A stretch of DNA of 24,000 nt from Coriobacteriia bacterium (GTDB lineage Bacteria > Actinomycetota > Coriobacteriia > Coriobacteriales > Eggerthellaceae). The notes beneath the pieces are model-generated. The model did no database searches. It was given only the letters and a program-made list of their open reading frames with translations, and had not been told where the DNA came from. The position numbers and the translations under genes are program-made. The DNA is taken from positions 11,451 to 35,450 of the forward strand of contig JAUNNF010000009.1 of assembly GCA_030537355.1 (NCBI GenBank), written 5' to 3'. Shown one piece after another: positions 8,901-16,999 of this stretch. The number at the start of each line of letters is the position of its first letter. The first letter of the stretch is position 1.

Positions 8901-9006
8901 ATAAGGTTTCTGTGTAATACATAAAACCTGAAAGTTAATTTTATAGGCATTTAAACATTTAGTGGTCTTAGATTTATAAAATCCTAAAATATAGTAGACT
9001 TTTTAC

Positions 9007-9015
9007 TGATATAAT
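9007..9015 (+). promoter_or_regulatory. Candidate extended -10 promoter element (TGATATAAT) for the yhf-like operon
   Basis: TGnTATAAT match. The TATAAT hexamer ends 6 nt before ATG 9022, and no Shine-Dalgarno lies in between. Confidence 0.3.
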
Positions 9016-9021
9016 ATAAAT

Positions 9022-9378
9022 ATGCTTAATAAAGATAATCTAAAAACCCGTGTAAACATTCTTAAAGACGCTGATATTATTTCTGAGGAGATAGCAAATT
9101 TTGCATATCAAGTTATTGAAGAGCTTGATGATTCCTATTCAGATGACATGTGTGAGATGTTTACTACACATTTGGTCATGGCTTTGAGTAGAGTTGAGAA
9201 AAATGAACCTGTTGAAACCTTAGATCCTATTATTTTCGAAGAAGTGAAGCAAAACGAACACTTCAAGGATGCTCAACTAAACTACGATAAGCTTATGAAA
9301 GACTCGAAATATGCATTACCCGAGCAAGAAAAAGAATTTTTGCTTATGCATTTAACAAACTTATTAGAAAATCAATAG
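9022..9378 (+). CDS. yhfY: Stand-alone PRD-domain protein (YhfY-like)
   Basis: 118 aa, all-helical, the size and position of E. coli YhfY. First gene of a cluster whose other members match yhfU/T/php/S/X/W. Confidence 0.65.
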   Translation: MLNKDNLKTRVNILKDADIISEEIANFAYQVIEELDDSYSDDMCEMFTTHLVMALSRVEKNEPVETLDPIIFEEVKQNEHFKDAQLNYDKLMKDSKYALPEQEKEFLLMHLTNLLENQ

Positions 9379-9388
9379 AGGAGGCAAA

Positions 9389-9754
9389 ATGTTAAAAATT
9401 GTTGTAGGTGGACAAATTAACAAACAGGAAATTCATGATTATGTTGAAAAGTATTTTAATGGCGAGGCTGAGGTTGATATTAAAAATGACTTAGATGCTG
9501 TTAATGCTGTTAAAGTTGGACAATATGACTATTATGTAGGTGCCTGCAATACAGGAGGTGGCGGAGCACTAGCTATGGCTATGGCCCTCCTTGGTGGAGA
9601 TAAATGTAAAACTATAAGCATGCCAGGTAAAATTTTCCCAGACGATGAAATAATTGCTGCTGTCAATGAAGGTAAAGTAGCATTTGGGTTTACTGGACAA
9701 GATTATGAAAGAGTGCTTCCTGTACTATTAGGTGCTATAAAGGAGAAAAACTAA
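9389..9754 (+). CDS. yhfU: DUF2620 protein (YhfU-like)
   Basis: GAGGAGG Shine-Dalgarno. 121 aa with YYVGACNTGGGGALAMAMALLG and EGKVAFGF motifs that match my recollection of YhfU. Confidence 0.75.
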   Translation: MLKIVVGGQINKQEIHDYVEKYFNGEAEVDIKNDLDAVNAVKVGQYDYYVGACNTGGGGALAMAMALLGGDKCKTISMPGKIFPDDEIIAAVNEGKVAFGFTGQDYERVLPVLLGAIKEKN

Positions 9755-11070
9755 TGGACGTGATGATAATTTTTAAATACATTGTAATTGCCGCATTAGG
9801 TGGATTGGGTGGCGTTATGGCAAACAGAGGTATTGCTGTGTTTAACGATGGATTTAGGCCAATTGTTCCTCAATATTATGATAAACAAATATCACGTAAA
9901 GAGCTTGCAGCTATGTCGTTTGCTATTAGTTTTGGTCTTGTAGTAGGTTTCGGCATTCCTACCTCTATTGCTGCTTCTGTTATTTTAATTCACTGTATTT
10001 TCTTGGCTACTGATATTATTGGTACATTTTGTCCAGACAATTTAGTTGGTACGATAATTTCAGGTGTAATTGGTGCTGTTTGGGGAGTACTAATTCTTGT
10101 TGGTTTGGATGGAATAGTATTTTTATTTAATCAGTTACCTTTCAATTTTATGGGTGATTTAGGTAAGGTTTCTGACTTTGTTATTGCTGCATTTGCTATT
10201 TTCCCAGCTGTTGCTATTGGCTTTCAGCATGGATTTAAAAAGGGCGTTATTATAGGTGTTATAACTGTAATTGTATACATGACAATAATGCTTTTCGGTA
10301 AGATTCCTCTCCCTGATGGCAATAATGTAGTTTTGAATCCTGCGGGTATTTCACTTCTTGTTGGGTGTGTATTTATGATTATTTTTGCTGTTACAGCAAA
10401 ACATGAAAAAACCTCAGCAAATGCTGATTTGGTCAATGTTTTTGGTGAAAAAGTTTCACGTATTAGAAAGAATTGGCCTATGCTTGCTGTTACTGGTGGC
10501 CTAATTGCATGCGCTGCTTCTATGTCAATCTTAGCTGGAGACCCAATTTCTATGCCACTAATCTCACAAGGTGAATATGCTAATGCAGCATTAACTGCTC
10601 TTGCACGTGCAATTGGCTTTGTGCCGCTAGTTTTCACTACTGCAATTGTTACAGGTGTTTACGGACCTGCTGGCTGTACATTTGTATTTCCAATAGGTAT
10701 TGCGCTTACCGGTAATCCAATTTTGGCTTTTGTTTGCGGTGTTGCTTGCATGGTTGTTGAGCTTCTTCTTATTAATGCATTTGCAAAATTAATGGATAAA
10801 TTCCCAGGCATTAAGGATATGGGCGAGCATATTAGAAATGCTATGAACAAAGTATTAGAGGTTGCTTTAATTGTAGGTGCTGTTGTGTCTGCTGAGGCAA
10901 TGGCTTCTAACTTTAAATTAACTGGTGTAGGTGCTCTATTTATTATTGGTACATTGTTACTCAATAGAACATCTAAGAAACCTATTGTAGAGATGGCTGT
11001 AGGTCCTGTTGCTTGTATATTCTTTGGAATATTGCTGAATATTTTAGCAGCATGTCATGTGGTAGGTTAG
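9754..11070 (+). CDS. yhfT: YhfT-like polytopic membrane protein (putative transporter)
   Basis: 438 aa, about 10-12 hydrophobic segments. The N-terminal AVFNDGFRPIVPQ resembles E. coli YhfT AVFHDGIRPILPQ. The start overlaps the yhfU stop (TAATG). Confidence 0.8.
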   Translation: MDVMIIFKYIVIAALGGLGGVMANRGIAVFNDGFRPIVPQYYDKQISRKELAAMSFAISFGLVVGFGIPTSIAASVILIHCIFLATDIIGTFCPDNLVGTIISGVIGAVWGVLILVGLDGIVFLFNQLPFNFMGDLGKVSDFVIAAFAIFPAVAIGFQHGFKKGVIIGVITVIVYMTIMLFGKIPLPDGNNVVLNPAGISLLVGCVFMIIFAVTAKHEKTSANADLVNVFGEKVSRIRKNWPMLAVTGGLIACAASMSILAGDPISMPLISQGEYANAALTALARAIGFVPLVFTTAIVTGVYGPAGCTFVFPIGIALTGNPILAFVCGVACMVVELLLINAFAKLMDKFPGIKDMGEHIRNAMNKVLEVALIVGAVVSAEAMASNFKLTGVGALFIIGTLLLNRTSKKPIVEMAVGPVACIFFGILLNILAACHVVG

Positions 11071-11076
11071 TTGCTT

Positions 11077-11913
11077 ATGAAGGGTTATACACTTGCACAT
11101 GAACATATAACTATTGATTTGTCTGGTGTTAAAAATGATCAAGATTGTCACCTAGATAATCAGGCATTAACTATTGAGCAGTTAAAGAAACTTTATGATT
11201 ATGGAGTTAGGAATATCATTGACGTTACCAATATTGGTATGGGCAGAGATAACGATTATGTTGATGTTGTAAGTAAAGCCACAAATATTAATATTGTAAA
11301 GTCAACAGGGTTTTACAAAGAGCCCTTTCTGCCAGATTTTTTCTATGAAAAAAGCGAGTCAGAGTTAGCTAATCTTATGGTAGATGAGTTAAATGATTTT
11401 GCTCATGTAATAGGAGAGATTGGAACTTCAAAAAATACTTGGAGCGAGGCAGAAAAAAAGCTTTTTAGAGCTGCTGTTTTGGCGCATAAAGAAACTGGTG
11501 CTCCAATTTCTACTCACACTACACTTGGAACTTTAGGTCTTGAACAAGCTGAATTTTTCCTCGATAATAATGTGGATCCAGATATGGTTGTAATTGGGCA
11601 TCTAGATTTATCTGGTAGTCTTGAACATATTGAAAAGATTATTAAGCTTGGTTTTAACGTAGGTTTTGACACGATAGCCAAGGACAATTATTTTCCTGAT
11701 ACAGGCAGAATTGAATATTTATTATCTCTGCAAGATAAAGATTTGATTGATAAGGTTGTATTATCTTTAGATATCACAAGAAAAAGTCATCTTGCAACTT
11801 ATGGGTATACACATATTTTTGAAAAGTTTATCCCAGCTTGTTTAGATGCTGGAATTACTCAGGAATCTATAGACCAGATGTTAGAAGGTAACCCAAATAG
11901 AATATATGCTTAA
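11077..11913 (+). CDS. php: Phosphotriesterase-homology protein (amidohydrolase superfamily, Php/YhfV-like)
   Basis: N-terminal TLAHEHITIDLS (the HxH metal ligands of the PTE family), later STHT and IGHLD motifs. ATG 11077 is preferred over TTG 11071. Confidence 0.85.
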   Translation: MKGYTLAHEHITIDLSGVKNDQDCHLDNQALTIEQLKKLYDYGVRNIIDVTNIGMGRDNDYVDVVSKATNINIVKSTGFYKEPFLPDFFYEKSESELANLMVDELNDFAHVIGEIGTSKNTWSEAEKKLFRAAVLAHKETGAPISTHTTLGTLGLEQAEFFLDNNVDPDMVVIGHLDLSGSLEHIEKIIKLGFNVGFDTIAKDNYFPDTGRIEYLLSLQDKDLIDKVVLSLDITRKSHLATYGYTHIFEKFIPACLDAGITQESIDQMLEGNPNRIYA

Positions 11914-12808
11914 TCCTCAAGACATGCATAAGCTCGCGCGGTTAAATCCATTTAAATCAGTGGATAAGGTTATTGATTATGGTGATAAGCTTATGGGTGT
12001 AAAAAATACATCTAAAATGCCTATGGATTATATTAATAATTTAGGTTATACAATACATACTTTAGATGCCACATCGCTTGGCGGACGTGCTGTGGATTTT
12101 AATTTAAAAAATCCAATTACAGGAAACTATATGACTGGATCATCAAGCGGTACAGCAATAAATGTATTTGCAAACATCAACCATATTGGTGCAGGACTTG
12201 ATGGCGGAAGTTCTGTATTGGCTCCTGCAGTATCTTTGAACCTTTTTGCTTTTGTATCAAAACTATTAGCTCAAGATGAGCTTGCGATACATAAAAAAAC
12301 ATCTACTGATGGCATTGAGTTTAGTCCATCTCTTGGTTTTATGACAAAAAGTTTTGATGAGCTTATGAATGTTGTTCCTTTTGATGTTAAGTCCTCAGAA
12401 GTAAATTTTATTCAAGCTGATGTTGATATTAATGCTCCTCGTAAAGTTTTAATTCAGTATTTGTTAGATACATTGCCTAAGTATGATTTTATTTTAAGCA
12501 AGGAAGGTCCTATAGACTTATATGGTATAGGAGATAGTGTTTTAGGGCATTTTGAGAATACTCATGAGATACAAAATAGGAGTAATAAAGGCTTAATCAA
12601 AGTTGTTAATATGGCTGGTGCTACAGCAATTTGTATTCCTACAAAAAAACATGCTGTATCTAATGTATTAATTTGCGAGTCTGATCCTGATAAAATCTCT
12701 GTGATGTTGGGATATGCTAAAACATTAATTGTTGAGCCTGACGAATTAACGCAAAGATATTTTTCTAATATAGATATGTATACAGATTCTTTGGAGGATA
12801 AATTATGA
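11906..12808 (+). CDS. Short amidase-signature-family protein (about 300 aa)
   Basis: LKNPITGNYMTGSSSGTAINVFANINHIGAGLDGGSSVLAPAV aligns with the AS-family pattern KDN...GGSSGGSAAAVA...GTDTGGSIRIPAA (Lys, cis-Ser and nucleophile Ser positions present). Overlaps the php stop and the yhfS start. Confidence 0.65.
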   Translation: MLNPQDMHKLARLNPFKSVDKVIDYGDKLMGVKNTSKMPMDYINNLGYTIHTLDATSLGGRAVDFNLKNPITGNYMTGSSSGTAINVFANINHIGAGLDGGSSVLAPAVSLNLFAFVSKLLAQDELAIHKKTSTDGIEFSPSLGFMTKSFDELMNVVPFDVKSSEVNFIQADVDINAPRKVLIQYLLDTLPKYDFILSKEGPIDLYGIGDSVLGHFENTHEIQNRSNKGLIKVVNMAGATAICIPTKKHAVSNVLICESDPDKISVMLGYAKTLIVEPDELTQRYFSNIDMYTDSLEDKL

Positions 12809-13857
12809 TTACTTATCCACTTAAATCAATAACTATTGATCAAGCAAAAGATAAGCAATTTAAGATGGTTGAATGCATTATGAGGCAATTCCCAGATGGA
12901 AGTTTTTTGTCTCGTGGAGATCTTGGCTTAAATAAAGAATACGCAAGAAAAGCTGAAAATGCAATTGCTGATTTCTTCGGTGCAGAAGCAGCCATTCTTG
13001 TTACTGGTTCAGGAACTGGAGCAATAAGATTTGCTTTGATGTCTGTAATTAAACCTGGTGGAAATATTTTGGTACATACTTCACCAATTTATCCTACAAC
13101 TCAAACCAGCTTTAAAGCAATGGGTTTAAATCCTATTATGGTTGACTTTCATGATATGGATGCTGTTAAAAGTGCAGCTAAGTCCTGTGATGCTGCTTTG
13201 GTTCAATTAACTCGTCAAAAACCTGATGATTCATACTGCTCTAAGACAGTTATTCAGGCAATAGCTGATATTTGTGACATTCCAATAATTACTGATGATA
13301 ATTATGCTGTTATGAAGATTGAAAAAATTGGTTGTGAGATGGGAGCTAATTTAAGTTGCTTTAGTTCGTTCAAGCTCTTAGGGCCTGAAGGCGTAGGAAT
13401 TGTTGTGGGTGACAAGAAATTCATAGATAAAATTGAAACAATGAATTATTCAGGTGGCTCAAAGGTACAGGGTTGGCAAGCAATGGATACGCTTAGGGGT
13501 CTTGTGTATGCTCCGGTGAGCCTCGCAATTCAAGCAGAAGAAGGTGAGAAATGTCTTAAACTCTTGAAAAAAATTCCTCAAGTTAAAGATGCTTTTATTG
13601 CTAATGCGCAATCTAAAGTATTACTTGTTGAATTTTCTGAGTCAATTGCTCGTGACGTTATTACAAAGGCATGCAAGTTAGGAGCAATTCCAGGGCCTGT
13701 TGGTGCTGAATCTAAATATGAGATACCTCCTATGTTTTATAAGGTGAGTGGAACGTTTCTTAAATCAGACCCAAGTTTGATTGATACTATGATTAGGATA
13801 AATCCAAATAGAGCAAGTGCTGAGACAATCGTTAATATACTAAAACAATGTTTTTAA
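12805..13857 (+). CDS. yhfS: YhfS-like PLP-dependent (fold-type I) enzyme
   Basis: GGAGGA Shine-Dalgarno. 350 aa with VTGSGTGAIRFAL and SSFKLLGPEGVG (candidate PLP-Lys). Size and context match YhfS. Confidence 0.75.
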   Translation: MITYPLKSITIDQAKDKQFKMVECIMRQFPDGSFLSRGDLGLNKEYARKAENAIADFFGAEAAILVTGSGTGAIRFALMSVIKPGGNILVHTSPIYPTTQTSFKAMGLNPIMVDFHDMDAVKSAAKSCDAALVQLTRQKPDDSYCSKTVIQAIADICDIPIITDDNYAVMKIEKIGCEMGANLSCFSSFKLLGPEGVGIVVGDKKFIDKIETMNYSGGSKVQGWQAMDTLRGLVYAPVSLAIQAEEGEKCLKLLKKIPQVKDAFIANAQSKVLLVEFSESIARDVITKACKLGAIPGPVGAESKYEIPPMFYKVSGTFLKSDPSLIDTMIRINPNRASAETIVNILKQCF

Positions 13858-14915
13858 AAGAAACCATAGACAGAAATCCAGAATTAGTAACCTTTGCACA
13901 AAGTTTAGGCTTGCCTGATACTTATGTAATTGATGTTGATACTTTTGTAGAGAATGCTAAAAAGATTAAAGATGCTGCAAAAGATATTGATTGCTATTTT
14001 ATGCTAAAGCAAGTTGGCAGAAATCCTTATCTTGCTAAAAAGTTAATGGAAATTGATTATCCAGGCTGCGTAGCAGTAGATTTTCGTGAAGCGCTTACCA
14101 TGATAAATAATGGTATTCATATTTGTAATGTTGGACATCTTGTGCAAATTCCAAAAGCTTTAATTAAGACAATAATTTCTGCTAGACCAGATTTTGTCAC
14201 ATGCTATTCATTAGACAAAATTAACGAAATTAATGACGCTGCAAAAGAGCTTGGTATTACACAAAAAATTCTTATTAAAGTGGTAGATGATGACGATATT
14301 TTATATCCTGGTCAAGAAGCTGGGTTTAAGTTAGATGAACTTATTTTCCCTAAGTTTTCAAACTGTGAAATTACTGGCGTTACAGCATTTCCATGTTTTC
14401 TTGAGAATGAGCCAACCCATAATCTAGAAACTTTGTTTAAAGCAAAAGAGATGTTAGGTGTTGAGCATGTTAACGCTCCATCTTGTAACTGTGTGGAAGT
14501 TGCTAAATCTATTCAGGGAAGTGGAATTACAAGCATTGAACCAGGGCATGCATTAACTGGTACTACGCCTGTTCCTAATCAAGTAGAGATTCCATCTGTT
14601 GTGTACACAACAGAGGTTTCGCATATATATGATAATAAATCATATATATATGGTGGAGGATTTTATAGACGAGGCCATACTAAATATGCTTTAGTTAATA
14701 GTGAAATTGTCAATGTTGAAGAACCAGCATTAGACTCGATAGATTATTATTTTAAATTAAATAAAAAGTTTTCAATTTCTTCGCCTGTAGTAATGGCGTT
14801 TAGGTTTCAAATTTTTGTAACAAGAAGTCAGGTGGCCTTAGTTGAGGGGCTACATACCGGATCACCTAAAGTTATTGGTATATATTCTAGTTTAGGAGAA
14901 AAAATTAATGGCTAA
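13848..14915 (+). CDS. yhfX: YhfX-like alanine-racemase-fold (fold-type III PLP) protein
   Basis: MFLKETIDRNPELV...YVIDVDTFVENAKKI...YFMLKQVGRNPYLAKKL...VAVDFREALTM parallels my recollection of the YhfX N-terminus, including the PLP-Lys context. Confidence 0.8.
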   Translation: MFLKETIDRNPELVTFAQSLGLPDTYVIDVDTFVENAKKIKDAAKDIDCYFMLKQVGRNPYLAKKLMEIDYPGCVAVDFREALTMINNGIHICNVGHLVQIPKALIKTIISARPDFVTCYSLDKINEINDAAKELGITQKILIKVVDDDDILYPGQEAGFKLDELIFPKFSNCEITGVTAFPCFLENEPTHNLETLFKAKEMLGVEHVNAPSCNCVEVAKSIQGSGITSIEPGHALTGTTPVPNQVEIPSVVYTTEVSHIYDNKSYIYGGGFYRRGHTKYALVNSEIVNVEEPALDSIDYYFKLNKKFSISSPVVMAFRFQIFVTRSQVALVEGLHTGSPKVIGIYSSLGEKING

Positions 14916-16113
14916 ATTTGTTGTTTTGATTTTAGATGGATTTGGAATGTATGCAATGGATGACGCTGCTAAGGTCCGGCCTGAAGATGTTGGTAGCTCA
15001 ACACTAGGATCAATACTTAATAACTACCCAGATTTTTATTTGCCTAATCTTGAGAGGCTTGGATTAATGAACGCTCTTGGTAAAAACTCAAACAGGATGA
15101 AAGCTGATCCAAGTGCAAATTTTGGAAGATCGAATTTAATGCACTTTGGCGCTGATACATTTATGGGGCATCAAGAAATTATGGGAACTTTACCTAAACC
15201 TCCTAAAGCTGATCCATTTACCAAACATGCACATACAGTAGGCGAATATTTGAGTAATCATGGTTATAAAGTAGAGTATATAAATCGAGGTGAGCTTACA
15301 TATTTGCTCGTTGATGATTATTGTACTGTTGCTGATAATATTGATGCCGATGTTGGTATGGCTTATAACTGTACTGCTCCGCTAGATTATATGCCATATG
15401 AGAAACTTTATGAAATTGGTCAATTAGTGCGTCAATGCACAACAGTTAATAGGGTTATTCCTTTTGGCGGTACAGGCAATACTATAGAAGATGTATTGAA
15501 TGCAGAGCTTATTAAGGATAAGGATTATATTGGTATTCACGCTGTTAAGTCAAAGTCCTATGAGCAAGGTTATCAATGTAGACATTTAGGTTATGGAGTT
15601 GATCCAAATGTTCAGGCTCCAACAATACTAAATAAGCATGGTATTTCTGTTACTCTAATTGGCAAAGTAGCTGATATTGTTGCCAACGATGGAGGTAAGT
15701 CTATCAGCTGTGTTGAAACTGATAAGTGTATGGATTTAACCATTAAAGAATCAAAATCAATGAGTACTGGCTTTATATGCACAAATATCCAGGAAACAGA
15801 TTTGGCAGGACACAGTGAAGATTCCAAATGGTATAAAGAATTACTAGAAATTGTAGATGGAAAGCTACCAGACCTGATTGACACGTTAAACGAAGATGAT
15901 ATATTGCTAGTTATGGCAGACCATGGCAACGATCCTGGTGTGGGACACAATAAACATACTCGTGAGCTTGTTCCCTTGCTTATTCATAAGCAGGATTTAT
16001 CCGGTGTGTTTATTGGAAACAGAGATACTCTCTCTGATGTTGGAGCTTCAGTTTGTGATTATTTTAGAGTTGAGTCCCCTGAAAACGGAATATCTTTTTT
16101 AGATTTAATATAA
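14908..16113 (+). CDS. yhfW: YhfW-like phosphopentomutase/alkaline-phosphatase-superfamily metalloenzyme
   Basis: AGGAGA Shine-Dalgarno. LILDGFGM near the N-terminus and MADHGNDPGVGH near the C-terminus (DeoB-type metal ligands). 401 aa. Confidence 0.85.
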   Translation: MAKFVVLILDGFGMYAMDDAAKVRPEDVGSSTLGSILNNYPDFYLPNLERLGLMNALGKNSNRMKADPSANFGRSNLMHFGADTFMGHQEIMGTLPKPPKADPFTKHAHTVGEYLSNHGYKVEYINRGELTYLLVDDYCTVADNIDADVGMAYNCTAPLDYMPYEKLYEIGQLVRQCTTVNRVIPFGGTGNTIEDVLNAELIKDKDYIGIHAVKSKSYEQGYQCRHLGYGVDPNVQAPTILNKHGISVTLIGKVADIVANDGGKSISCVETDKCMDLTIKESKSMSTGFICTNIQETDLAGHSEDSKWYKELLEIVDGKLPDLIDTLNEDDILLVMADHGNDPGVGHNKHTRELVPLLIHKQDLSGVFIGNRDTLSDVGASVCDYFRVESPENGISFLDLI

Positions 16114-16214
16114 ATTCTTGATATGTTTTAACGAAAGTATTATCCGAAGGCTGTTCAAACAAATCTTTATTAAACTTTGGTAACTTTTAGTAAACTTTAT
16201 CAACCTTTAGTGCG

Positions 16215-16239
16215 CGAGATGTTACACTTTGTCACACTT
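16215..16239 (+). repeat. Bipartite TTACAC motif, copy B (CGAGATGTTACACTTTGTCACACTT)
   Basis: Direct repeat of copy A. Lies between the end of the yhf-like operon and the degenerate tRNA-Gln. Confidence 0.8.
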
Positions 16240-16253
16240 TTTGGAGGTTTGAG

Positions 16254-16328
16254 TGGCCTGGGATGCAGGAATCGAACCCACATAGCCTACTACCTTAAAC
16301 TGGTGTCCTACCGTTGGACGAATCCCCA
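16254..16328 (-). pseudogene. Degenerate tRNA-Gln paralogue
   Basis: Aligns end to end with the intact tRNA-Gln at 19988-20061; D and T arms are identical. The anticodon arm reads CCAGT-TTAAGGT(A)-GTAG(G), so the stem no longer pairs and there is 1 extra nt. The acceptor 3' strand is ATCCCAG instead of ATCCCCA. Confidence 0.7.
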
Positions 16329-16413
16329 ATTTCCTAGCGTTTACCTGGTGCTTTAATAACCATCAAAAACGCCTTCAGCCGCTTCAAAAACACAGATTTG
16401 TGCTTTTTCAGAA

Positions 16414-16463
16414 TGGTGGACCGGGGGAGTCTCGAACTCCCGACCTTCGGATTAAAAGCCCGC
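16414..16463 (-). pseudogene. 3'-terminal 50-nt fragment of tRNA-Lys (att-type duplication)
   Basis: 16406-16458 is 53/53 identical to 20138-20190 (8 nt of 3' flank, CCA end, T arm, variable loop, 3' anticodon stem and loop of the intact tRNA-Lys). Similarity is lost after 16463. Confidence 0.85.
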
Positions 16464-16581
16464 CAGGTCAATTCTTGTACTTTAGCAGGTCAAAGTATAT
16501 TTTTCTTGCAGTACAGAAGAATTGGCGATTTTTATGCAACCCCCTTACCAGCTGGGATAATACGATTTCTAAAACTTGCAT

Positions 16582-16604
16582 TTTACACACTTTTTACACA
16601 CCTT
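16582..16604 (+). repeat. Bipartite TTACAC motif, copy C (TTTACACACTTTTTACACACCTT)
   Basis: Same two-heptad architecture as A, B and D. Lies 118 nt inside the tRNA-Lys fragment. Confidence 0.7.
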
Positions 16605-16610
16605 TCTGAA

Positions 16611-16656
16611 AAATTATAGGAAATTATAGGATTTTATAGGAAATTATAGGATTTTG
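16611..16656. repeat. 10-bp tandem repeat (AAATTATAGG/ATTTTATAGG), about 4.5 units
   Basis: Units at 16611, 16621, 16631 and 16641, plus a partial unit at 16651. Alternating unit types give a 20-bp super-period. Confidence 0.85.
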
Positions 16657-16999
16657 AAAAGTGGTTTTATTGAGTATGAATTGAAGATATCTGTATCTTT
16701 TTTGTTTATACAAATTCGACTTTATATTCTTCAAGATTAAAGGACTGTCCTATATATCCTTTAATCATATTTTCTGCATTTGTTTTTGCTTTATCTAATA
16801 AGCCATTGTTAATAGCATCATATCGCACTCCTTTGCTGTTTATGTTGCGGGTGTTTTAGTTCTATCTATCCACTTTTTTGTTCGCCGTTACAATCAGCAT
16901 CATGGGACGGCGCATTTTATCCTGCATCCCCGGAATATCCATCATGTTTTCCGGCGGCTGCGGCTCCACAATATGATTTATTATAAAATATTGATTTAA

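Noticed and set aside
8881-8906. Motif copy A as a sigma-70 promoter (TTACAC ... TATAAG)
   Set aside because: The spacing between the -35-like and -10-like hexamers is about 12 nt, too short. The same motif at B, C and D lacks a -10 element.
11068-11079. The yhfT TAG stop is in frame with the php gene, raising the idea of a UAG-Sec or readthrough YhfT-Php fusion given the CUA tRNA-Sec
   Set aside because: I saw no SECIS-like hairpin immediately downstream. php has its own ATG, and the families are separate proteins in E. coli. The same-frame arrangement is expected by chance one time in three.
16398-16619. ORFs 16398-16619 and 16400-16609 (+)
   Set aside because: They run straight across the tRNA-Lys 3' fragment and motif copy C. 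The sequence is explained by tRNA-derived DNA, not by coding.
16611-16656. Tandem 10-bp repeats as a CRISPR array
   Set aside because: The units are contiguous with no spacers, are only 10 bp long, and no cas genes are nearby.
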